Part shown: positions 1-7,318 of the stretch, piece by piece | Numbering within the stretch: the stretch's first letter is position 1 | Layout: each line of letters begins with the position of its first letter | Origin: a virus | Length of the DNA stretch: 60,289 nucleotides | Virus record (IMG/VR): IMGVR_UViG_3300031578_000002 | Coordinates: 1-60,289 of that record | Direction: 5' to 3' (one strand) | Position numbers and translations under genes: made by a program | Notes under the pieces: model-generated | Told to the model about the DNA's origin: nothing | Database searches by the model: none | Seen by the model: the letters and a program-made list of their open reading frames with translations, nothing else

Positions 1-9
1 AAAAACTAC

Positions 10-130
10 ACATAACAACAAATATAAAACATTGCTGTCGTGATTTCTATTTACTTATACGTAATTATTTTAATTTTGTTACATTTATTTGCATTTATGT
101 TGCAATATTTTATATTTGCGACCGTTAGCA
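10..130. repeat. attC-like hairpin element 1
   Basis: ACATAAC (10-16), arm CAAATATAAAACATTGC (19-35), loop, complementary arm GCAATATTTTATATTTG (102-118), 5 nt, GTTAGCA (124-130). Confidence 0.75.
58..82 (-). promoter_or_regulatory. ECF-type promoter GTAAC-N16-CGTA inside the hairpin 1 loop
   Basis: Same motif and spacing as six other sites that lie upstream of genes. Confidence 0.55.
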
Positions 131-136
131 ATAATG

Positions 137-376
137 CTATTTTACCCAGTTATATCTTACAAAATATCTACGTCCAAAAAAGTCTGTATGTGTTTGCCAA
201 CCTCGTTTATATATTTGATACCATTTACGAGGTAATAACTGTATTTTAGTGTCAATTTCAATAATACCAGAAGCACTATTGCTAACACTAAATAAATCCA
301 ATACTTGCTGTTTTGCTTGTTTTTCGGTTATCAGCTCGTAATGTAGGTCATCAAATATTTTATCTATCTTTTTCAT
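137..376 (-). CDS. small cassette-encoded hypothetical protein (start MKKIDK)
   Basis: ATG lies in the loop of hairpin 2; the ORF reads through the arm and core (LDLFSVSNS) and stops just before the left core. Confidence 0.65.
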   Translation of the reverse strand: MKKIDKIFDDLHYELITEKQAKQQVLDLFSVSNSASGIIEIDTKIQLLPRKWYQIYKRGWQTHTDFFGRRYFVRYNWVK

Positions 377-407
377 AGTCGTACTGTATTTATTATTTAC
401 GTTAGCA
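280..407. repeat. attC-like hairpin element 2
   Basis: TGCTAAC (280-286), arms 291-304 and 381-394 (12/14 complementary), GTTAGCA (401-407). Confidence 0.65.
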
Positions 408-626
408 AACATAACCACGAAGGTCGTAGCATTGGCAACTATGTGTTTCTATATTAATTATATAGTTATCACTTATGTCGCAAATGTATCTATCATGTCT
501 ATATTTACTATTTTTATTACTTTTTAAATTATTGCAAGTGTTACAATTACGTTTGCTAACAACAGGTTTAACCAATAAAGGTTTCCTGCGTAGGCGGTCT
601 GTAATGCGTTTAATAAAATTTTTCAT
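402..626 (-). CDS. small Cys-rich cassette-encoded protein
   Basis: CxxC...C...CxC; starts in the loop of hairpin 3; the TAA stop is inside the GTTAG core at 402-404. Confidence 0.65.
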   Translation of the reverse strand: MKNFIKRITDRLRRKPLLVKPVVSKRNCNTCNNLKSNKNSKYRHDRYICDISDNYIINIETHSCQCYDLRGYVC

Positions 627-683
627 ATCTTGATAATTTAGTTGTTTTAATTCCTTTACTGGTCAAACCTGCGGACGTTAGCG
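554..683. repeat. attC-like hairpin element 3
   Basis: TGCTAAC (554-560), arms CAGGTTTAACCAATAAAGG (563-581) and CCTTTACTGGTCAAACCTG (653-671), 5 nt, GTTAGCG (677-683). Confidence 0.8.
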
Positions 684-897
684 GTAATGCTTAAAGACAG
701 CAACACCGATAGGTATTGATATTAATGAGATTATAAACGCTGTTGCCAAATAAGGTCGTCCAGTAAGTTTATATTCTATTCCAATGTAAGTAAGGCTCAA
801 TACAGCCATTGCGAAAATACAAATACAAAGCACTACCGCTAAACACACGGTATAAAATATGCCTTTCTTTGTCGTTAAATTTAATTTTCAGTTCCAT
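678..897 (-). pseudogene. frameshifted cassette gene for a 72-aa, 2-TM membrane protein
   Basis: Removing one A from 841-843 gives MELKIKFNDKERHILYRVLAVVLCICIFAMAVLSLTYIGIEYKLTGRPYLATAFIISLISIPIGVAVFKHYR*, ending at the TAA in core 678-680. Confidence 0.7.
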
Positions 898-967
898 ATT
901 TAAGTTATTTGTTTATTGATAATTGTTACTTCTAAAACGGCACATTTCATACCGTCAACCGTTAGCA
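837..967. repeat. attC-like hairpin element 4 (1-nt insertion in left core)
   Basis: CGCTAAAC (837-844), arms 847-863 and 939-955, 5 nt, GTTAGCA (961-967). Confidence 0.75.
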
Positions 968-1240
968 CCCATTTAAGGATGCACAGTAATCAGTTAAGAA
1001 CTTTATATCTTCATCTCGCATTTCCCAACAACCTTTTTCTGAATTTTGGAAACCACGTCTATATTCTACTACATCGCAAGTGTCATGATGTAGTCCTTGA
1101 TAATCTTTGTTGTATTTAGGGTGTTTTGTATCCCTTACAGCAGCGCACCCACAACGAATGTCTAAAATAAAACGGGTGCTAACAACAGGTATATTTAATG
1201 CCTGTGTTTCTGCGTTATTCAAGTTTTCTGCTTCTTTCAT
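962..1240 (-). CDS. small cassette-encoded hypothetical protein
   Basis: Starts in the loop of hairpin 5, reads through the arm (ALNIPVVST), TAA stop in core 962-964. Confidence 0.7.
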   Translation of the reverse strand: MKEAENLNNAETQALNIPVVSTRFILDIRCGCAAVRDTKHPKYNKDYQGLHHDTCDVVEYRRGFQNSEKGCWEMRDEDIKFLTDYCASLNGC

Positions 1241-1300
1241 AATTTCTGCTATTTTAATAAGTTTGTAATTCTAAATCAGGCACTAAACATAACAGCACCT
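1177..1300. repeat. degenerate/truncated attC-like element 5 (array end)
   Basis: TGCTAAC (1177-1183), arms 1190-1204 and 1277-1291, no right-hand GTTAG core. Confidence 0.55.
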
Positions 1301-1342
1301 AAAAAACAGGCGGGGTTGGTTGTTTTATCGGTTTTCGATTTT

Positions 1343-1669
1343 TTACACATAGTTTTTATCAAGCCAATATACTACTGGTGCCATATCTTCATCACCACCA
1401 TACACATCATTTACATATTCTGCTCTTGTATCAATCCAAGAGCCAATATCATACCACCAACCTTCGGGTAAAAACATTTCAGCTGCTTTATTTGCCTCTT
1501 CAGGGGTTTTAAAAATAAATGTTTCTTCACACATTAATACGGTTATACCTATAGGTTTAAAACCAGCAGCTTTAATGTCATTTAAAAGCAAACTATTTGG
1601 TGTGCCATAATTATCATGTACTTCCCATAACTTGCTTTCATGTTCATCATAAACGTCAAAATTGCACAT
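1343..1669 (-). CDS. hypothetical acidic protein
   Basis: 108-aa ORF with a host-type promoter at 1686-1716. Confidence 0.7.
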   Translation of the reverse strand: MCNFDVYDEHESKLWEVHDNYGTPNSLLLNDIKAAGFKPIGITVLMCEETFIFKTPEEANKAAEMFLPEGWWYDIGSWIDTRAEYVNDVYGGDEDMAPVVYWLDKNYV

Positions 1670-1700
1670 AATATTTTATTTTTTGTAAATATAATAATTA

Positions 1701-2852
1701 TTATTGAATTTCCAAATCTCCTTTATCGGAATTACTGGTGAAACAAGAATCTGTTTTTAACCAATTACTGATTTCTGTTGGTGATAAATATTTAATGTCA
1801 CCATTAATCGTAATAGGTATTTTTCCATTAATATGATCAGTACAGGTTATAACGAGATTACTATTTGAGTATTTATTGTAATATTTATCACAAGAAATTG
1901 CATATTTTAATTGATTGTAATCTAAAATACTCCTTCTAAACTTACCTTGATAGCCAGTATCTACATTAGTTTCCAGAGGATTTATTTTTATTATTGAATT
2001 ATCCAAATCTTCATTACTTAAAAATCCATTCCCGTGTCGTGTTTGATATGCACGAGTTATATAATATGTGTCGATGATATTATGTTGGTCTTTGAATATA
2101 ATATCATCAATGATTTTAAATGCATTTTTGCTTGTGGTATTACTTCGGGTTACATTTGGAAAGAATCCATGATCCATATCAAGCATAATTCCTTGACTAC
2201 CTTCAAAAATTAAATCACCGTTTCCGAAATATACATCATTAATACTATTAACTATCTCATGTTTTTGAATTAAATCATCACATGCTTCTTTAAATTTCAA
2301 CTCTTCCTCATCAATTATTCGATGATAATTTTTGTCATATAAATCAAAAGCTGCTTTATAATATTTTCTTATTAATCTAATCTTTTCATCACGAATTGTT
2401 GGATAAAGCAAATCCCTCATATGTAAATGATAATGATCCTCATTGCGTTGAATTGTCGTGCCGAAACCAACTCCAACAGTACCATTTATTTTAAAATTAG
2501 CATCATTCAAATTCATTAATTTATCAAAGGGTGTTGTTATCAACGCATTTGCATTATAATACACCATAGGTATTGGTCCTAATTTTCTTAAAATATTACC
2601 TTCTTTAAAAACACCCATTGGGTCAACAGTACAATACTCCGACCAATATGTTGGGACGCCCTTTAATGTGCCTGAACCAAAATTTGAAAATACGTGTCTT
2701 ATGTCATTATAAACCACTGTATGTCCAACTTGATGACCTCCAGAAAATCTAACAACTAATGGATTTTTTGCATCAGAACATTTATTATTTGCCACGGAAC
2801 CTTTGCCTTCATCTCCATATAATGCACCAAGAATTATAGAAAATTTATTCAT
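1701..2852 (-). CDS. divergent adenylosuccinate synthetase-like protein (PurA family, not PurZ)
   Basis: GDEGKG, GGHQVGHTV, FEGSQG..LD..G.FPNVT.SNT, TRAYQTRHGNG. Confidence 0.85.
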   Translation of the reverse strand: MNKFSIILGALYGDEGKGSVANNKCSDAKNPLVVRFSGGHQVGHTVVYNDIRHVFSNFGSGTLKGVPTYWSEYCTVDPMGVFKEGNILRKLGPIPMVYYNANALITTPFDKLMNLNDANFKINGTVGVGFGTTIQRNEDHYHLHMRDLLYPTIRDEKIRLIRKYYKAAFDLYDKNYHRIIDEEELKFKEACDDLIQKHEIVNSINDVYFGNGDLIFEGSQGIMLDMDHGFFPNVTRSNTTSKNAFKIIDDIIFKDQHNIIDTYYITRAYQTRHGNGFLSNEDLDNSIIKINPLETNVDTGYQGKFRRSILDYNQLKYAISCDKYYNKYSNSNLVITCTDHINGKIPITINGDIKYLSPTEISNWLKTDSCFTSNSDKGDLEIQ

Positions 2853-2873
2853 AAATATTAATTTTTATTATAG

Positions 2874-2899
2874 TACGATAATTACAATCATTATGTTAC
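2874..2899 (-). promoter_or_regulatory. ECF-type promoter GTAAC-N17-CGTA
   Basis: 21 nt upstream of the PurA-like start. Confidence 0.7.
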
Positions 2900-2925
2900 A
2901 AAAAAGCCATGAATTTCTTCATGGC
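2900..2925 (-). terminator. intrinsic terminator after the vWA gene
   Basis: GCCATGAA-tttc-TTCATGGC stem with a U-tract on the minus strand. Confidence 0.7.
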
Positions 2926-2951
2926 CTTTAACTTAAATATTTATTATTCAC

Positions 2952-3872
2952 TTAAAGCTTCATTACTCCTTCATCAGGAGTCATTGCAAGTGCACCAATA
3001 TTTGACTTAGCAAGTGCGGTTGTTACTACTCCAGCAATCTTAGTATCAAAACCACTAACTACTTTTGTAATATCAACTCCATGTTGTACTGCAATAATGG
3101 TAGCGATAGTAGCACAAATAGCATGGTAATCATCAAGAACAATTAATCTTTCACCTAACATATCCTTCCAATAGCCTAAAACGTCGGGGTCATTACAATA
3201 ACTACCTTCATTAATGTGTATGTGATATACGTTATAAAGTCGTTGTGCTTCCTCAAGAAGTTGTTTGTCAGTAACTTCTTCACCTTGGGTATAGCCAAAC
3301 ACTTTTCTCAAACTATTTTCGTTTACTATATCCCAACTTGCTTCATCGCCAATGGTAAATAAAAATCCCTTTTGATTGCGTTTTTCAAAGCAATCAATAC
3401 TTGTATGCCTACCAGCAACAAGCCAAGCCAGAAGATAAGACTCTTTATCTTGGCCGCCGCCACTTTGAAGAGCAACACCTGTTAGCCATTTATCGAGTTC
3501 TTCTGTACCGGATTCGAATTGACCAACCTGAATCGGTGCTTTCACATGTGTGTTATGATCATTAATTGCACCAAAAAGAACTTGTGGATGTTCAATACCA
3601 TTGTCAATAATGGTGTTCATTAATGTTGGAAGTTCATTCTTTACAATATCTTCTGGAATTCTACCCATGCTACCAGTATCATCAAGAAATACCATAACTG
3701 CAATTGATTCTGGGTGATCATCACTATCACGAGATTCACGGATAGTGATTTTATTGGGCATCATATCATCAGAAGCATCTTTTGAAAAGATATCATCCGA
3801 TGATTTGGTTGCATAACCCCTACTTGATGACAAGTGAGTATATGCATCGTCAGACCATTTACTGTATCCCAT
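2952..3872 (-). CDS. vWA (MIDAS) domain protein
   Basis: FLDDTGSM, GGGQDKESY, FTIGDE. Confidence 0.8.
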   Translation of the reverse strand: MGYSKWSDDAYTHLSSSRGYATKSSDDIFSKDASDDMMPNKITIRESRDSDDHPESIAVMVFLDDTGSMGRIPEDIVKNELPTLMNTIIDNGIEHPQVLFGAINDHNTHVKAPIQVGQFESGTEELDKWLTGVALQSGGGQDKESYLLAWLVAGRHTSIDCFEKRNQKGFLFTIGDEASWDIVNENSLRKVFGYTQGEEVTDKQLLEEAQRLYNVYHIHINEGSYCNDPDVLGYWKDMLGERLIVLDDYHAICATIATIIAVQHGVDITKVVSGFDTKIAGVVTTALAKSNIGALAMTPDEGVMKL

Positions 3873-3874
3873 AA

Positions 3875-4024
3875 TTATTCAGGATTTTGTGTTTCACTAA
3901 CCTCAGCAGCAGTTTCAGTGGCAGCTTCGGTGTTATCACTTGTGTTGTTTTCAACACTTACTTCTTCTTGTTCGTTAGCCAAATCTTCAAATGATTTAAC
4001 CTCAGAATACTCTTTCATTCCCAT
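3875..4024 (-). CDS. 49-aa acidic low-complexity protein (not in the ORF track)
   Basis: MGMKEYSEVKSFEDLANEQEEVSVENNTSDNTEAATETAAEVSETQNPE*; abuts the vWA start; ECF promoter upstream. Confidence 0.7.
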   Translation of the reverse strand: MGMKEYSEVKSFEDLANEQEEVSVENNTSDNTEAATETAAEVSETQNPE

Positions 4025-4060
4025 AGTTTAAAATTTAATTGTTAATATTAAAGTTAATTA

Positions 4061-4086
4061 TACGTATATTTTCATTATTATGTTAC
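4061..4086 (-). promoter_or_regulatory. ECF-type promoter GTAAC-N17-CGTA
   Basis: Upstream of the 49-aa/vWA pair. Confidence 0.7.
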
Positions 4087-4967
4087 AAATCTAGTAAATA
4101 AAATTTACTTTCAAAGTTCTTTTTTAATAATTCTCGATATTGGACATATTCATCTTTGGTATTTTTATGTTTTGTTAACAAAAAATTTAACATCGATTGA
4201 TTTACATCCTTATCAACCCTTAGCTTAGTTCCAGCAGCTGATCTATCACCAAGTAAATATATTGCAATTTTTTTACTTAATTCTAAGTCAATATCTGGCG
4301 TTGCTATTTTTTCGCTAAATAATGTTGTGGGATACCACATTTTATATTTTGCTGATATTGTATCTGCTTTTCTACCAATGATGTTCATATGATAAAACGA
4401 AACAATTATTATACCGTGTGTTTCGGGAACAACAAAAACTGTTGTTGGATTCAAACCCATGTGCACATAATTTACTTGTCTCATCCACACGCAAAACTCA
4501 AACATTCTACTGAATATCCAGTTTACGTGTAACTGTGGTAACTTTTGTCCTGTTAGTGGAACTGATCTATCTTTTAAATTAATCGTTAGTTTATTCTGTT
4601 CTAAATGCATACTTTCTGGCAGGTAACGATGAAAACCAACAGACGCTTTGTCAGATAACAACATTAATTTATTATAGTTATCAACAGATTTTTTTATTAA
4701 GTTACGATTAAGATTAGTAACAACATATTCGATTCTTTTTTCAAACACCCTAAATTCACCGGCTTCATCAACATATTTAATACCATTTTCGAGAATGTCC
4801 TTATAATTATTCATCTTACTCATAGCTTCCACAGCAAGTGAATTTGAATTATAATCAGGATGAATTAACTTACTATACATAATGTATTGTTTTTTCCAAT
4901 CACCAGAAAAGATATCTGAAGGTTTTGTTGATTTAGATAATTTATTAATTAATTCAATATCTGTCAT
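4083..4967 (-). CDS. J-domain-like (HPD) plus degenerate protein-kinase-like protein
   Basis: YSKLIHPD at the N-terminus; kinase C-lobe-like YVHMGLNP..VFV and DIDL. Confidence 0.6.
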   Translation of the reverse strand: MTDIELINKLSKSTKPSDIFSGDWKKQYIMYSKLIHPDYNSNSLAVEAMSKMNNYKDILENGIKYVDEAGEFRVFEKRIEYVVTNLNRNLIKKSVDNYNKLMLLSDKASVGFHRYLPESMHLEQNKLTINLKDRSVPLTGQKLPQLHVNWIFSRMFEFCVWMRQVNYVHMGLNPTTVFVVPETHGIIIVSFYHMNIIGRKADTISAKYKMWYPTTLFSEKIATPDIDLELSKKIAIYLLGDRSAAGTKLRVDKDVNQSMLNFLLTKHKNTKDEYVQYRELLKKNFESKFYLLDL

Positions 4968-5200
4968 AATTTATTTGTTTTTCGTTCTTGCATTAAACTA
5001 TTTATAAAATCGATGATATTGCCTAAACATTGTTTTTCAAAAACAGTGCTTGGTTCGGGGAAAAATGAATATTGTCTCCATCTTCCAAACCATTTGACCT
5101 CGCCTAATTTAATTGGCGTTGTGTCTTTAGTAAGTACATTAAATTTTTTTGTTTTACCAGTATCTTCATAAAGGTTAAATGTAATCCATTTTGAGTTCAT
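4964..5200 (-). CDS. hypothetical phage protein
   Basis: Start MNSKWI; LGEVKWFGRWRQYSFFP..TVFEKQCL. Confidence 0.7.
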   Translation of the reverse strand: MNSKWITFNLYEDTGKTKKFNVLTKDTTPIKLGEVKWFGRWRQYSFFPEPSTVFEKQCLGNIIDFINSLMQERKTNKL

Positions 5201-5216
5201 ATTTAAAATATTAAAT

Positions 5217-5480
5217 TTATTCGTGTGATTCTGATTCATATCGCAATTGTTTTTCTTCAAATGTTACGATACTGACTTCGCCGCAATAGTTTTCAAAAGT
5301 CATTTTCAAATCATCACGAAATTGTTCTAATTCCTCATGACTATCAAAATAAAAGTCATTCTTTAATTCCCAAGTTGCATCAAACATGCCAACACTGGGG
5401 TCACCATATGATGTAATATAAAATCCGCTTACCTTTATTATGCTCATGATATTATCAATTACTTTATCTGTTATTTCCAT
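5217..5480 (-). CDS. hypothetical protein
   Basis: Start MEITDK, directly downstream of an ECF promoter; GDPSVG motif. Confidence 0.7.
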   Translation of the reverse strand: MEITDKVIDNIMSIIKVSGFYITSYGDPSVGMFDATWELKNDFYFDSHEELEQFRDDLKMTFENYCGEVSIVTFEEKQLRYESESHE

Positions 5481-5499
5481 TGTTTTTGTTTTTACAATA

Positions 5500-5524
5500 T
5501 ACGTTAAATTATTAAAAAGGTTAC
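5500..5524 (-). promoter_or_regulatory. ECF-type promoter GTAAC-N16-CGTA
   Basis: 19 nt upstream of ATG 5480. Confidence 0.7.
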
Positions 5525-5569
5525 CAAAACGACGCAAATTGTTACAAACACTTCATTTATAAGTGATTG

Positions 5570-5601
5570 CAAATATAGTGAAAATATTATTAACTTACAA
5601 G
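5570..5601 (-). promoter_or_regulatory. Bacteroidota sigma70-type promoter CTTG-N20-TATATTTG
   Basis: Matches the -33/-7 consensus. Confidence 0.6.
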
Positions 5602-5624
5602 TATTTACATTTTTAAATAACTTT

Positions 5625-5649
5625 GTAACAAAACAAAAAATTATTCGTA
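5625..5649 (+). promoter_or_regulatory. ECF-type promoter GTAAC-N16-CGTA
   Basis: Divergent promoter upstream of 5691. Confidence 0.7.
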
Positions 5650-5690
5650 TTATTGCAAAATAAAAATAATTTTAATTTAAAACTATAAAT

Positions 5691-6254
5691 ATGAAGATGA
5701 GACAATTATTACAATATAAGGTAGCACTACTAGTTATATTTTTTCTATCTACAAGTATGACTAGTGAAAGCAACACAGATATGTTACATATTTTTAATAA
5801 TACAAAAGAATTATTATATTCGAACATATGGGGTAGCATTTATAATTCAGAAAAAAGACAGTGTGACAACACACCAACAATTACTGGTGATGGCTCACAT
5901 ATATTACCAAAAAGAGCCAGTAAACATCGATGGATTGCAATTAGTCAAGAAATGCTTTATAGCAAATATCGTCAAAATTTATTATTAGATAAAGGTTGTG
6001 GTTTATATGACGGTAAAATACGATATGGCGATACTATTTGGGTTGATAGTCCAAATAAGAATATAAATGGTTGGTGGGTTGTTCATGATACGAAAAACGT
6101 TACTTATCGCAACAGTATTGACTTTTTACAAACTAAAGGTGATGGTTCGTTGTATAATAATAATCCGTTATGGAATGGTAAGTTTGAAAACATTAGAATA
6201 TACAAACTTAATAACATTAGTTATAAACAATATTATGCAATAATCAATGATTGA
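5691..6254 (+). CDS. 3D-domain (MltA/RlpA-like) cell-wall protein
   Basis: N-terminal hydrophobic segment; YN...QCD.TP.ITGDG, WIAISQ, VHDT...SIDFL. Confidence 0.7.
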   Translation: MKMRQLLQYKVALLVIFFLSTSMTSESNTDMLHIFNNTKELLYSNIWGSIYNSEKRQCDNTPTITGDGSHILPKRASKHRWIAISQEMLYSKYRQNLLLDKGCGLYDGKIRYGDTIWVDSPNKNINGWWVVHDTKNVTYRNSIDFLQTKGDGSLYNNNPLWNGKFENIRIYKLNNISYKQYYAIIND

Positions 6255-6735
6255 TTATAATAAGCCAATATTGTTTCTTGATCTTGATGGCGTAATTGTC
6301 TTAGATGACTTACCATTTAAAAAGAAAATACATTCAGAATATATTGCAAATAATTTTGATAAGAAATGTGTTAATGTTTTAAATGAAATTATTAAAAATG
6401 TCAATCCGATAATTATTCTTTCAAGTGATTGGAGATATAATTATTCTTTTGATATTTTAAATAAAATTTTTCATGACAATGGCGTTATTTCTGAAATTTC
6501 AGGTATTACAGATAATTTATGGGGAATAGAGTTTAAAAGTCTTTCACAATTAGAAGTATGTAGAGCTACTGAAATATTAAAATATGTCAATGAGCACGAT
6601 ATTAATAATTATGTTGCTGTTGATGATTTAAATTTATTTCCTTGGATTCCAAAAAATTTTGTATATTGCACTCGATTTAATGAAGGGATTAAACAAACTG
6701 GAATTAAAGAAAAAATAATTGACATATTAACTTAA
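6247..6735 (+). CDS. HAD-superfamily phosphatase (Swiss-Army-Knife RNA-repair-like HAD)
   Basis: FLDLDGV, LSSDWR, YVAVDD. Confidence 0.8.
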   Translation: MIDYNKPILFLDLDGVIVLDDLPFKKKIHSEYIANNFDKKCVNVLNEIIKNVNPIIILSSDWRYNYSFDILNKIFHDNGVISEISGITDNLWGIEFKSLSQLEVCRATEILKYVNEHDINNYVAVDDLNLFPWIPKNFVYCTRFNEGIKQTGIKEKIIDILT

Positions 6736-6765
6736 TTCAAAATAAAATTAATAAAAAACGATTAA

Positions 6766-7029
6766 ATGAATTTTATAAACAGTTTAAGAAACATCGCATA
6801 TTTATTTCCAGTATTTGGATATTACTTAGTCGAATCGATTGTAATTGCAATCTTTACAACGGTTGTTTGGAAATTTATACTTGGACCATTATTTAATTTT
6901 CCCATTAATTATCTACAGTGGATTTCAATTATTTGGATAAGTAAAATTATCTTTTTTAATGTATTTAATTTAATTTCTGGAATTTTTGCAATGACTCAAT
7001 CTAACACAGATAATAACGAAAACATGTAA
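6766..7029 (+). CDS. small membrane protein
   Basis: Two hydrophobic segments. Confidence 0.7.
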   Translation: MNFINSLRNIAYLFPVFGYYLVESIVIAIFTTVVWKFILGPLFNFPINYLQWISIIWISKIIFFNVFNLISGIFAMTQSNTDNNENM

Positions 7030-7031
7030 AT

Positions 7032-7253
7032 ATGAGATATATAAAAGAATCGCCTAGAATAAGCGTTAAAATTTATAATAGTGAAACCGAAGAATTGTTA
7101 ATAGCAATTACCGACAGGAGCTGGATGAATATTGGCGAAATTTTTCCACAAGCTAATATTAATGCATTACTTGAGCAAGAATTTAAAAATAAAAAACATT
7201 TAATGCCCAAAAAAGTATTGGTAATGGTTGCTGAGGAATATGTTCTGGAATAA
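7032..7253 (+). CDS. hypothetical protein
   Basis: Operonic ORF. Confidence 0.7.
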   Translation: MRYIKESPRISVKIYNSETEELLIAITDRSWMNIGEIFPQANINALLEQEFKNKKHLMPKKVLVMVAEEYVLE

Positions 7254-7267
7254 AGTTTGATGTTATT

Positions 7268-7292
7268 GTAACAAAATTTAATAATATTCGTA
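7268..7292 (+). promoter_or_regulatory. ECF-type promoter GTAAC-N16-CGTA
   Basis: 26 nt upstream of 7319. Confidence 0.7.
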
Positions 7293-7318
7293 ACATATAT
7301 TATCTTAAAAGCTTATTT

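Noticed and set aside
40-1119. Plus-strand ORFs 40-249 and 916-1119
   Set aside because: Shadow frames over hairpins and minus-strand genes, with non-ATG starts.
124-1240. N-terminal peptide shuffling between cassettes (minus strand as the attC top strand)
   Set aside because: The wobble asymmetry favours the minus strand as the folded bottom strand, which puts each ORF wholly inside one cassette. Disfavoured but not strictly excluded.
10-1300. CRISPR array, REP elements or simple terminators as an explanation for the hairpins
   Set aside because: The units are not identical direct repeats, the loops are 65-75 nt, there are no U-tracts, and the intervening segments encode ORFs.
1701-2852. 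PurZ / 2-aminoadenine (Z-genome) pathway
   Set aside because: The catalytic position is Asp (GDEGKG), not the Ser of PurZ, and no DatZ/MazZ-like neighbours are recognisable.
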